A DNA stretch of 64,000 nt, taken from positions 10,618 to 74,617 of the forward strand of contig JAPLXC010000002.1 in assembly GCA_026396275.1 (NCBI GenBank). The letters are read 5' to 3'. The notes beneath the pieces are model-generated. The model searched no databases. It was not told the origin of the DNA and saw nothing but the letters and a program-made list of their open reading frames with translations. Shown here piece by piece: positions 29,712-39,163 of the stretch (the first letter of the stretch is position 1; the number at the start of each line of letters is the position of its first letter). Both the position numbers and the translations under genes were made by a program. This DNA is from Candidatus Moraniibacteriota bacterium. GTDB lineage: Bacteria > Patescibacteriota > Minisyncoccia > Moranbacterales > JAPLXC01.

Positions 29712-30440
29712 ATGAGCGCAATTTTTCACGACATTTTTTATCAACCTCTGTATAATATTCTGATTACTCTTTATAATGTTCTTCCCGGACAGGATTTTGG
29801 AGTGGCTATAATAGCTTTCACTCTAATACTTCGGACGCTTCTTATTCCTATTTATAAAAAGCAGATCGAATCACAAAAACGCCTCCAAGAACTTCAGCCA
29901 AAAATTAAAGAAATTCAGCAAAAGCATAAAAACGACAAAGAAAAGCAAACCAAAGAAGTAATGGAATTTTACAAAAAGAATAAAACCAATCCTTTCTCCG
30001 GATGTTTGCCATTGATAATCCAGCTGGTTTTTTTGATTGCCATTTACCGGATTCTTATAACTATTTCCAATTCCGCTTTTGCCGTAGAAGAAAAAGAATT
30101 GTATTCTTTTGTCAATAACCCCGGGGCAATCAAGCATTTCTTTTTGGGAATCGTGGATTTAACAAGGCCCAGCATAATTTTGGCGATTCTGGCAGCGGCC
30201 GCCCAATTTTATCAAACAAAAATGCTGATGAAAAAACAACCGGAAAAAGAAAAAAGCGATTCTTCCCGGCCGGATTTTACTCAAATGATGAACAAACAAA
30301 TGCTCTATCTTGGCCCTCTTTTGACGCTATTTATTGGAATTAAATTTGCGGCTGGACTTGCCCTTTATTGGCTTGTTTCAACGATTTTTATGATTATTCA
30401 GCAAGTGTTTATTTCCCGTGAGGAGAAAAAACAATCCTAA
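29712..30440 (+). CDS. yidC: Membrane protein insertase YidC
   Basis: FG.AII..T...R, LQP.IKEIQ.K, NPFSGCLP..IQ, GL.LYW. Confidence 0.95.
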   Translation: MSAIFHDIFYQPLYNILITLYNVLPGQDFGVAIIAFTLILRTLLIPIYKKQIESQKRLQELQPKIKEIQQKHKNDKEKQTKEVMEFYKKNKTNPFSGCLPLIIQLVFLIAIYRILITISNSAFAVEEKELYSFVNNPGAIKHFFLGIVDLTRPSIILAILAAAAQFYQTKMLMKKQPEKEKSDSSRPDFTQMMNKQMLYLGPLLTLFIGIKFAAGLALYWLVSTIFMIIQQVFISREEKKQS

Positions 30441-30460
30441 CGCTTAAATATAACAATTCA

Positions 30461-30940
30461 ATGGAAAAAAAAGTTCAAGAAATTATCAAACAAACAGCAG
30501 AGAAGCTGGTAAAAGAAATGGGATTTAATCCTAAAGTGGAAATTGAAAAAATAGGAAAGGACGATGAAGAAAATCTGATCTGTAATATCATTGTTGATAA
30601 GGACTCCCATCTTCTTATCGGGCAGTACGGGGTTAATCTTCAGGCGCTTCAGCATATCATCCGGCTGTTAGTGAGAAAGAAAACAGATGAGAAGATAAGG
30701 TTTATTCTAGACGTTAATTCGTACCGCCAGCAGAAAAATCAATCGGTTATTGAACAGGCGCATGCAGCGGCAGAACAAGCTGTGACGGAAGGAAGGGTTG
30801 TAATTATGAGGCCAATGTCGGCTTACGAAAGAAGAATTATTCATTTGGAACTGGCCAACAACGAAAAGGTTATTACCGAGAGCATCGGGGAAGGAGAAAA
30901 CCGGAAAGTGGCAATAAAACCGGCAAAAACATCCTTTTAG
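30461..30940 (+). CDS. jag: Jag/KhpB RNA-binding protein (KH + R3H)
   Basis: LIG..G.NL.ALQH, LDVN.YR, PMS.YERRIIH, TES.GEG..R.V. Confidence 0.92.
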   Translation: MEKKVQEIIKQTAEKLVKEMGFNPKVEIEKIGKDDEENLICNIIVDKDSHLLIGQYGVNLQALQHIIRLLVRKKTDEKIRFILDVNSYRQQKNQSVIEQAHAAAEQAVTEGRVVIMRPMSAYERRIIHLELANNEKVITESIGEGENRKVAIKPAKTSF

Positions 30941-30960
30941 AAAAACAAGTAAAAGGTCCT

Positions 30961-32406
30961 ATGGCTATCGCGCGAAAAATTGCTTACAATATTCTCTTTA
31001 ATGTTGTAGCTAAAATCATCTCAACCGGACTGGCTTTGGTAGGAATAGGATTCATTACCCGCTATCTAGGGAAAGAAGGATTTGGAAATTACGCGACAGT
31101 GCTCGCGTTTTTCGCTTTTTTTGGGGCTTTAGCGGATCTGGGAATGTACGCAGTGGCTACTAGGGAGATTTCCCGTTCTGATGCTGATGAGCGAGGAATT
31201 ATGGGTAATGTGGTGACGTTGCGCATTGCGAGCTCATTTTTTATAGCGCTCCTCTCCCCGCTGATTGTACTGCTGCTCCCCTATCCTCAGGAAGTGAAGA
31301 TGGGAATACTTCTAGTCGCGTCGGCCTTTTTCTTTTCCTCAAGTTACATGGTGCTCAACGGGATATTTCAGAAAAACCTGGCGATGGACAAAGTGGCAAC
31401 GGCGGAACTAATCGGAAAAATGGTACAATTAGGCGTGGTTGTTTTGGCAGTTCACTACCGACTGGGATTTCTGGTTGTGATCGCGTCAATCCTTTTTTGC
31501 ATGATCGTAAATTCTACGCTGGTTTTTCTTTTGAGTCGCCGCTATCTGACTTTTCGTCTTTCTTTCGATTTTACCTATTGGAAAAAATTTCTTCGCGAGT
31601 CACTTCCAGTTGGAATTTCTGTTTTCGTCGCATTTGTTTATTTCAAAGCCGATACAATTCTACTGTCGATACTTAGAAATAGCGCCGACGTTGGAATCTA
31701 TAATGCCGCTTATAAAATTATTGAAAACATAAGCTATTTTCCCGGTATGATTATCGGACTAATTCTACCCATTATGTCACACTCTATTTTTTCCAACCGC
31801 CGGCGTTTTGAAGATGTGTCCAATAAAACCTTTAAATTATTTATTTTGCTGGTCGTGCCGTTGGTTATTGGAACCTTTTTTTTGGCCGATGACATTATTG
31901 AGCTTATCGGCGGAGCAGGATTTTCCGAGTCGGCTTTGACACTTCGCATTCTCATTATAGCGCTGGCCTGCATCTTTTTCGGTAACTTTTTTAATACCAT
32001 TCTTATCGCGGGGAATTTGCAAAAAGCGCTTATGAAGATTCTGATACTGTGCGCGGTGGTAAATGTAGGAACAAACCTGATACTTATTCCCCTTTACTCC
32101 TATACCGGAGCGGCTGTCACTTCGGCGATGACGGAAATTCTGGTAGTGGTTCTTACGTCTTACACAGTGGTGCGAAGATTGGACTATCGTCCCCGGGGTG
32201 AACATCTGGGAAGAATTATTGTTGCTGGACTGGCGATGGGAGCGGTTTTGTTTTTACTTCAGGACATGACTTTTATTATTCGAGCGGTACTAAGCGTTCT
32301 TGTTTATGCAGTCGCGCTTTGGATCACGCGAACGATTACCATCCGGGAGATTAGCAGTATTATTAGCCGGGAACCGCAAATTCCCTCCAAGGAAGTAGTA
32401 GTGTAA
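30961..32406 (+). CDS. Polysaccharide flippase (Wzx-like)
   Basis: About 14 TM helices; RYLG...FG.Y, D.G, VGIY.AA.K, LIP.Y...GAA. Confidence 0.88.
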   Translation: MAIARKIAYNILFNVVAKIISTGLALVGIGFITRYLGKEGFGNYATVLAFFAFFGALADLGMYAVATREISRSDADERGIMGNVVTLRIASSFFIALLSPLIVLLLPYPQEVKMGILLVASAFFFSSSYMVLNGIFQKNLAMDKVATAELIGKMVQLGVVVLAVHYRLGFLVVIASILFCMIVNSTLVFLLSRRYLTFRLSFDFTYWKKFLRESLPVGISVFVAFVYFKADTILLSILRNSADVGIYNAAYKIIENISYFPGMIIGLILPIMSHSIFSNRRRFEDVSNKTFKLFILLVVPLVIGTFFLADDIIELIGGAGFSESALTLRILIIALACIFFGNFFNTILIAGNLQKALMKILILCAVVNVGTNLILIPLYSYTGAAVTSAMTEILVVVLTSYTVVRRLDYRPRGEHLGRIIVAGLAMGAVLFLLQDMTFIIRAVLSVLVYAVALWITRTITIREISSIISREPQIPSKEVVV

Positions 32407-32410
32407 ATTT

Positions 32411-33268
32411 ATGGCACAGCCGAAGGTATTTATTATAATTCTTAATTACAATGCTCGCTCTACCCTCAAAGGATGCCTAGCGAGCATTTTTCAGCTTGAA
32501 TACGAGAATTTTGAAGTAGTTTTGGTTGATAATAATTCAACTGACGGATCGCTGGAAGCGGCAAAAACATTTTTTCCGCGCGCCCACATTATTAAAAACG
32601 GCGCCAATCTCGGCTTTGCGGCAGGAAGCAATGTCGGAATCCGCTATGCGCTGGAAAAAATGGCGGACTATATTTTTCTTATCAATCCCGATGCGATAGT
32701 GGAAAAAGACACTCTGCGCATACTAGTTAAAGAAGCTGAACAAAGTGCTAATGCCGGAATTTTTAGCCCTCTTATTATTAAAGAAGACCATTATTCAGTC
32801 TGGTTTGCGGGAGGAAAAATAAAGTGGCTGACAATGAAAACGGTTCATATTTTCGAGCCCCTTTCAAATAAGCCCTATGAGACCCAGTATATCTCTGGCT
32901 GTACCATGTTTGTTAAAAAAGAGATTTTTCGCCAAATCGGGCTTCTGGACGAGAGATTTTTTCTATATTACGAAGACGCTGATTTTTGCCTGCGCGCAAG
33001 AAAAGAAGGATTTAAAATTATGGTGATTCCTCAGGTCCAGGTCTACCACTATGAGAAAAGTGAAGGAAACCTAGAAAATAAAATTTACTGGCTGGTGATT
33101 TCCGGAATAATTTTCTTCAAAAAAAATGCGCCGGTGATTTTAAAGCCGTGGATAAGTTTTTACACGGCATTAAGAAGAATAAAAAATCAGCTGGATGTAA
33201 AATTCAGGAAAAATAATTTGGCTGAAGTTGTTCAAAGGGCGTACGGTGATTATAAAAATGTTAGTTAA
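32411..33268 (+). CDS. Glycosyltransferase family 2
   Basis: IILNYN, VDNNSTDGS, N.GFA.G.N.G, NPD, FLYYED.D. Confidence 0.92.
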   Translation: MAQPKVFIIILNYNARSTLKGCLASIFQLEYENFEVVLVDNNSTDGSLEAAKTFFPRAHIIKNGANLGFAAGSNVGIRYALEKMADYIFLINPDAIVEKDTLRILVKEAEQSANAGIFSPLIIKEDHYSVWFAGGKIKWLTMKTVHIFEPLSNKPYETQYISGCTMFVKKEIFRQIGLLDERFFLYYEDADFCLRARKEGFKIMVIPQVQVYHYEKSEGNLENKIYWLVISGIIFFKKNAPVILKPWISFYTALRRIKNQLDVKFRKNNLAEVVQRAYGDYKNVS

Positions 33269-33271
33269 AAA

Positions 33272-33337
33272 TGTCATTCCCGCGAAAGCGGGAATCTAGA
33301 GAATTTTCTAGATTCCGGCTCGGAGGCCGGAATGACA
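33272..33337. repeat. TGTCA-tagged palindrome dimer
   Basis: TGTCATTCCCGCGAAAGCGGGAATCT...AGATTCCGGCTCGGAGGCCGGAATGACA. Confidence 0.85.
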
Positions 33338-33343
33338 TATTAT

Positions 33344-34075
33344 ATGGTTTTATCTTTCATTATCGTCAACTATCAAAGTGAAAAATATTTAGAAAATTGT
33401 ATTTCTTCAATTAAAGAAAAAGTTTTAAGTGTGGATTATGAAATAATTGTTGTGAATAATGACAATGGCAACTTAGAAGCTAAGCTTGCAAATGAAATAA
33501 AAGTTATAAAAAGCGAGGAAAATATTGGTTTTGGAGCAGCAAATAATATTGGTGCGAGGGAAGCAAAAGGTGAAATATTATGTTTTTTAAATCCAGATAC
33601 GAAAGTTATTTCAGAAGATATTAAGAGTCTGCTGGACGAATTTGATAAAAATGACAAATTGGCAATCATTGGGCCGAAATTATTAAGCGATAAAAATGAA
33701 GTTCAATGGTGGTGCGCCGGGAAAGAAGTAACCGTTTGGAGCATTATATTAAATAACTTGGGCTATAGGCGCGACAAAAAAATTTGGGAAAGTTCTAAAA
33801 AAATCAAATGTGCCTGGGTGAGCGGCGCGGCGATGTTTATCCGGCGGGAAGTTTTTGAAAAACTCGGCGGATTCGATGAAAAATTTTTTATGTATTTTGA
33901 AGATATTGATCTTTGCAAAAAGGTGCGAATAGCTGGATATAAAGTTTTATACTATCCAAATTTTGCCATAAAGCATTTTGGCGGCAGGAGTTTTTCACTT
34001 GACAGAAAGGCACAGAAATGCTATTATTATAAATCTCAAAAATATTTTTTGAGAAAATGGCTCATTAGTCAATAA
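33344..34075 (+). CDS. Glycosyltransferase family 2
   Basis: SFIIVNY, N.GFGAANN.G, LNPD, GFDEKFFMYFED.D. Confidence 0.92.
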   Translation: MVLSFIIVNYQSEKYLENCISSIKEKVLSVDYEIIVVNNDNGNLEAKLANEIKVIKSEENIGFGAANNIGAREAKGEILCFLNPDTKVISEDIKSLLDEFDKNDKLAIIGPKLLSDKNEVQWWCAGKEVTVWSIILNNLGYRRDKKIWESSKKIKCAWVSGAAMFIRREVFEKLGGFDEKFFMYFEDIDLCKKVRIAGYKVLYYPNFAIKHFGGRSFSLDRKAQKCYYYKSQKYFLRKWLISQ

Positions 34076-34110
34076 GAGGCAAATTTATGTAAATTTGCCT
34101 CTTTCTTTTT
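34074..34110 (+). terminator. Intrinsic terminator
   Basis: AAGAGGCAAATTTA-TG-TAAATTTGCCTCTT followed by a T tract. Confidence 0.65.
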
Positions 34111-34143
34111 GCAACAAAGCCCGAAGTATGCGAGGATTATTAC

Positions 34144-35496
34144 ATGGTTTATAAACTGCTTTTATTGTTCTGCCTCTATCTTCCCTTTCAAATCGCCTTA
34201 AATCCCAGCGAAGGAATTGACCTTGCTTCAGTAAGGGTAATAATCCCAATCCTGGCTTTATTATGGATTATTTCAGGTCTCAAAAACCGGCGGATTTTTA
34301 TTCCAGCGAAAATACAGACGGTTTTAATCATATTTTTTTTGTTCATAGCTGGCCTTTCACTATTTTGGGCAGATAATCAGGATTGGGGATTCCGGAAACT
34401 TTTGTTCTTGCTTTCAATCTTTCCGGTTTATTTTGTAGTAACCAGTATTATTCAATGTCATTCCCGCGAAAGCGGGAATCCAGAAATAAATGGCGTAGAT
34501 TCCGGCTCAGGGGCCGGAATGACATATCTGAATGTCAAAATTATCAAATTTCTCGTCTGGGGCGCGGGAGTTACATCTGTAATTGGCATAATTCAATTTC
34601 TTCTGCAATTTATGATTGGGCTGGATAATACTGCTGCAATTTGGAGAAATTACGTAACACCTCTGTTTTTAGGAAAATCATTTACTCATGCTGTTTTAGA
34701 ATATCCCAGCTGGCTGGTTAATGTTTCCGGGAAAGATTTTTTAAGGGCCTTTTCGACATTTCCCGATCCGCATATGCTTTCTTTTTATTTAGGGCTTTCG
34801 CTACCTTTGGCAATAGGATTATACTATGCTTTTAAAAAAAATATTTATTTATTTTTTTCTTTAATAATTTTAATCGCGAATCTCCTTACCTTTTCCCGTG
34901 GAGGGTATATCGGCTTGGCTGCCGGCCTGATTTTTATAGTTTTATATTTTGCTGTCAATAAAAAAATATCGGCTAAAAAACTTTTAGCTTCTCTTGTGCT
35001 GACACTGATTGTTTTGGCGTCTCTGGCGCTCACGCCAATCGGGAAGCGGGCCATTACCAGCTTCAGCACTGTTGAGGGCTCAAACAAGGTAAGATTTGAA
35101 AACTGGAATCAAGCGGTTAAAGTAATCAAAAATAATCCGCTGGGAGTGGGAATCGGCAATTATTCCTATGAAATTGAGCCCAGCGCTCCCTACCGGAAGC
35201 CGATTTACGCTCATAATTTATATCTTGACATCGCGGCGGAAACAGGAATTATCAATGCCATAATCTTTATATTGCTGGTCGTTTTTTCAATTAAAGATTT
35301 TGTGAAAAAATCAAAAGATAATATTTTATATCTAGGGAGTGCGGCGGGACTTGTGATTTTTTCAATCCATTCAGTTTTTGACACCGCGCTTTATTCAGTG
35401 CAAGTTCTGCCCCTGCTTTTAGTAATAATAGCTTTATCTGCTTCGAATAATTCCGGTAACACTATACTGCGGCCGCGGCATAGTGTTACCGGATGA
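34144..35496 (+). CDS. O-antigen ligase/Wzy_C family protein with an in-frame palindrome insertion
   Basis: Multi-TM; RA.STF.DP, LTFSRGG, R..NW, P.GVG.GNY, AHNLYL....E.G. Confidence 0.85.
   Translation: MVYKLLLLFCLYLPFQIALNPSEGIDLASVRVIIPILALLWIISGLKNRRIFIPAKIQTVLIIFFLFIAGLSLFWADNQDWGFRKLLFLLSIFPVYFVVTSIIQCHSRESGNPEINGVDSGSGAGMTYLNVKIIKFLVWGAGVTSVIGIIQFLLQFMIGLDNTAAIWRNYVTPLFLGKSFTHAVLEYPSWLVNVSGKDFLRAFSTFPDPHMLSFYLGLSLPLAIGLYYAFKKNIYLFFSLIILIANLLTFSRGGYIGLAAGLIFIVLYFAVNKKISAKKLLASLVLTLIVLASLALTPIGKRAITSFSTVEGSNKVRFENWNQAVKVIKNNPLGVGIGNYSYEIEPSAPYRKPIYAHNLYLDIAAETGIINAIIFILLVVFSIKDFVKKSKDNILYLGSAAGLVIFSIHSVFDTALYSVQVLPLLLVIIALSASNNSGNTILRPRHSVTG
34456..34524. repeat. TGTCA-tagged palindrome dimer inserted in frame (23 codons)
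   Basis: 69 bp encoding CHSRESGNPEINGVDSGSGAGMT. Confidence 0.9.
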
Positions 35497-35508
35497 CCGG
35501 ATTAAAAT

Positions 35509-36777
35509 ATGGCTGCAAAAGTAAATAAAATATTGATTCCGCTGACAATACTTTTAATTCCGGCTTATCTGATCAGGTTTTCTGTTTTTGGCATCCCGAC
35601 TAATTTGCTGGAAATTTTGGTTTTGGTGGTTTTTATTTCGGCGTTTTTGAGCAAGCAAAAAATTGATTACAAAGAATTTTACAAGCAAAACAAAGTTTAT
35701 TTTTTTGGAATACTGCTGGTAATTGCCGGACTTTTTATATCAACGGTGGTGAGTGGACATTACCGAATCGGATTCGGAATAATCAAGGGATGGTTTATTA
35801 TCCCACTTGTTTTTTCTTGGGTTTTAATCAAGGAAATAAAGAAGAAAGAAGATTTAGAAAATATTTTAAAATGGCTTTATTTAGGCATTTTTGGAGTAGC
35901 TGCAATCAGTTTAATTTATTATTTTCAAGGAAATGTAACTTACGACAGCCGGCTCAAGGCCCTTTATCTTTCGCCTAATCATCTGGCGATGTATCTGACG
36001 CCGGGAATAATAATTGGAATCTACTTAATTCAAAATACAATTTCTCAACTAACGGGTGAATCTTACAAAGAGATGCGCTTACTTGCATATACAGGCAAAA
36101 GCTACCACTCGCTGTTTTTTAATACAATCTCCTTTTTAATTATTCTGTCTAGCTTGTACCTCACCTATTCCTATGCGGCGTGGGTAGCGGTGATTTTGAG
36201 TTTAATTATCACGGCGCTTTTTGGCAAAAGAAAATTAAGCAAAAAATTTGTTTTGATTGGAGCAATAATTATTTTACTTATTATTATGAGCCAGTGGAAC
36301 ACTGAAAAAATGGAAAATCTCAAAAACTTTTCCCGATCTTCTCTGGAATCAAGGGTCATCATCTGGCAATCAGCGACGAAGATTCTTAAAGATAATGTTA
36401 TCTGGGGGATCGGACCGGGAAATTTTCAAAATATTTATCTGGAATATCAAAAATATTTTCCACCCTATCTTGAATGGGCGGTTCCCCAACCCCTTAACCT
36501 ATATCTTGCTTTTTGGCTTCAGAGCGGGATTTTTGGATTTATCGGGTTTTTAATTTTAATTATTAAGTGGATGCATGAAACATTAAAAAATGAAAAAAAC
36601 AGCTTATTTTTAATAGAAGCTGTTTTATTGGGAATAATGCTTTATATATTAATTCACGGTTTCATTGACACGCCCTACTGGAAAAATGATCTGGCTGTTA
36701 TTTTTTGGATAATATTTTCTCTGAGAATAGTAGCAAGCCAACTGAAAAATCCGAAGCTATTAGCCCAAACTTCTTAA
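35509..36777 (+). CDS. O-antigen ligase/Wzy_C family protein
   Basis: RL...Y.SPN.LA, LT.S..AW, SR..IW, GIGPGNF, HG..D.PY.KNDL. Confidence 0.85.
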   Translation: MAAKVNKILIPLTILLIPAYLIRFSVFGIPTNLLEILVLVVFISAFLSKQKIDYKEFYKQNKVYFFGILLVIAGLFISTVVSGHYRIGFGIIKGWFIIPLVFSWVLIKEIKKKEDLENILKWLYLGIFGVAAISLIYYFQGNVTYDSRLKALYLSPNHLAMYLTPGIIIGIYLIQNTISQLTGESYKEMRLLAYTGKSYHSLFFNTISFLIILSSLYLTYSYAAWVAVILSLIITALFGKRKLSKKFVLIGAIIILLIIMSQWNTEKMENLKNFSRSSLESRVIIWQSATKILKDNVIWGIGPGNFQNIYLEYQKYFPPYLEWAVPQPLNLYLAFWLQSGIFGFIGFLILIIKWMHETLKNEKNSLFLIEAVLLGIMLYILIHGFIDTPYWKNDLAVIFWIIFSLRIVASQLKNPKLLAQTS

Positions 36778-37836
36778 AGATTGATTCCGTATAGCTTCCC
36801 GTCAATCCGGTTGATGAAAAAAAGTTCTTCTTCCGAAGGAGAAAGAAAAAGATGGCTAGCATCAAGGCTTCCTTTCATATCTTCCAGTTCAACAATTCGA
36901 TCCTTTTTCCCGGTGGACATGTCTACTTTCCAGAAAGTATCTTTAGTTGTAACCTTTTTTTCTTGATAGTCGTTTGGACGTGAGTGTTGGAATACTAAGG
37001 TTTTGATATCCTCCGCCGTTGCTATTAATTACAGCGAGCATTATTTTTGAGCTTCCTTTCGCTTCAGCGGAGCTAACTAGGGCCTTTTCTCCATTGGGGG
37101 ACCAAAGGTAATCCGCTCCGAATTTTTTCGAAAAGATTGTTTTTGTTTCTCCACCAGTCACTCCCACAATCTGAAGAGATGTTTCTTCAAAACCATTGGG
37201 AGCATTCCAGAAAGAAATTAGGGAGGTCTGGAGAACAGGTGTTAGAGAAATAAAGCGAAGTGTAGTGTCTGCCAATTTTTCCCAGTTGCTTCCGTCAGGA
37301 TTGGCAATATTAATACTCCGCTTTTTTGTTTGAGAATTGAAATGCTTGTAGATAATTTTATCGCCCAGATTAGTCCAAGCAATACTGTCAATTCCATCTT
37401 TAAGCCGTTTTCCTTCCTGGGTAGTGTAGTCGTAGAGATAAAAGATAGTTTTTCCTTCTTTGTTAAACACCGAAATCACTTTATTCTTATCCGGTGACCA
37501 AAAAACATTTTCCAGTCCCTTGAGATCTTCGCTTGAGGTCATTCTTTTATTAGTTCCTTTTAATGTAACTTCATAAACGTTTCCATTAGAGCGGGTGTAA
37601 TAAGTGATATGCTCACCATCTTTGCTTATCGTCGGGGAAATAACCGCTTCGTCAGTGAGAGGATAGATTTTTTCCTTTGACTTTTCTTGTTTTTTCTCCG
37701 GAGCGGCTTTTTCTTCCTTTTTAACAATCTCTGGAGAGCCGGCTTTTTTCTCTTTAAAAGCAAAATTATAAACCCCCCAGAAGAGGAGGATGACAAGAAG
37801 AGCGACGAAAGAAATTATAAAAACCTTTTTAGCCAT
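36774..37836 (-). pseudogene. Membrane-anchored beta-propeller (TolB-like) protein with a frameshift near 36975
   Basis: WSP repeats. The coding signal continues in another frame (PNDYQEKKVTTKDTFWK...FINRIDGKLYGINL*) to a stop at 36774. Confidence 0.7.
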
Positions 37837-37854
37837 CTTATATTTAAAGCTTAA

Positions 37855-38295
37855 CTAGTTTTTAAGAAGTTGTCCTCCTTCGCAAAAACTTAGCTTATAA
37901 ATACCGCCTCCAAATTTTTCGTTGACCGTATATGGTACAGTAATAGAAACTTTGAGCTTACATGCGTCTTCTTTATTAATTTTAAGAGCTCTTAAAAATT
38001 CCTGCTCTGCCGCAATCTGGGCTTTTTCAGTATCTTTGTTAAGCAGAGCTATAATAAAACCTTGATCCCCGGGATAATATTCAATTAAAAAATCTTCAGT
38101 TGATTGAAAAGTGACACCGCCCATTGAAAGTTTTTCAACAGGATTTTCGGTTATATCAGTTATTTTGACTTCGCCTTGTTCAGTTTTTATTGTTATCTTT
38201 TCCGGGCCATATCTTTCCCTAAGAATAAAAAAAGCAAATATTCCTACCGTCAAAATCACTATAATTGTAATGAGCATTGTTTTTTTTGTAAGCAT
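37855..38295 (-). CDS. Hypothetical N-terminally anchored protein
   Basis: Single TM plus a soluble domain with two Cys; start uncertain. Confidence 0.7.
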   Translation of the reverse strand: MLTKKTMLITIIVILTVGIFAFFILRERYGPEKITIKTEQGEVKITDITENPVEKLSMGGVTFQSTEDFLIEYYPGDQGFIIALLNKDTEKAQIAAEQEFLRALKINKEDACKLKVSITVPYTVNEKFGGGIYKLSFCEGGQLLKN

Positions 38296-38308
38296 ATATA
38301 AAAGAATT

Positions 38309-39163
38309 TTAGAAATTACAAACACTATTAGCGCCCCAGGCTCTCCAGCCGCTTGACTGATAAATTGAACAGGCTGCTTGAATATTTGTGCTGGCTGTTT
38401 GAGCGGCGGCGACGCACTGCTGGTATAAAGTTTGATTCGTGACAGTGCAGTTATGATTACGACCTGTATATGGGTTACTAAAAGCTGAAGGGCAATTCAG
38501 GCCAGCGACAGGATTAGCACTAATATTTATTTGAAACAGTCCCCAAGAAACTACCTCGTTGCCCGGCTGGCATCTATCTACTCCACTAGCCCTCCGTTCT
38601 ATTCCACCACTCTCTGCATTGCAGATACCAGAGGCTTGCTCGGCTACAGAAGCAAAACAAGTATTTCTTAAATTTTCTACTGAACAAGGGCCAGTAGATA
38701 GGGGCGCACAACGTACCGGAGGAGGATAAACACCGGGCGGTCGTGCGGGCGGAGCTGGCTTTGGCAATTCTACTGCTTTCAAGGTGAGATTTATCTTAAC
38801 CAAATCCGGATTAATGACATAAAGTAAGAGCCAAGCAGCCAGAGCAATAAGCAAACCAAAAAGAGCATCAAAAATCACCTTTTTGGCCGATTCCATCCGG
38901 GAGGTGTTACCGGCGCTGGTCATATACATAAACCCGCCGATAGTAATCATTAGAAGCGCGGCGATCCCGACCGTCCAGATGGCAAATTTGGTAATGGAAA
39001 GAATGTAGCTGGGAAAAGTAGTGGCTGCGGTCTCAAATCCTGGGATTTTTTCCATCGGGGTATATTCATATGCTGCTGTCTGATAAACAAAAGAAATACA
39101 AAAAACAGCCAATAGTAAGAAACCAGCGATAAAAAAAGGTAAGTAAGAATTAGCTTTTTTCAT
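38309..39163 (-). CDS. CPR pilin-like (VirB2/TrbC-type) domain fused to a lytic transglycosylase-like domain
   Basis: GG..Y.TSAGN.......AK..I..AL.GL.I.L...L.L..INP.L pilin signature; AESGG, GLFQIN, N..AA..I...GW.AW. Confidence 0.75.
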   Translation of the reverse strand: MKKANSYLPFFIAGFLLLAVFCISFVYQTAAYEYTPMEKIPGFETAATTFPSYILSITKFAIWTVGIAALLMITIGGFMYMTSAGNTSRMESAKKVIFDALFGLLIALAAWLLLYVINPDLVKINLTLKAVELPKPAPPARPPGVYPPPVRCAPLSTGPCSVENLRNTCFASVAEQASGICNAESGGIERRASGVDRCQPGNEVVSWGLFQINISANPVAGLNCPSAFSNPYTGRNHNCTVTNQTLYQQCVAAAQTASTNIQAACSIYQSSGWRAWGANSVCNF

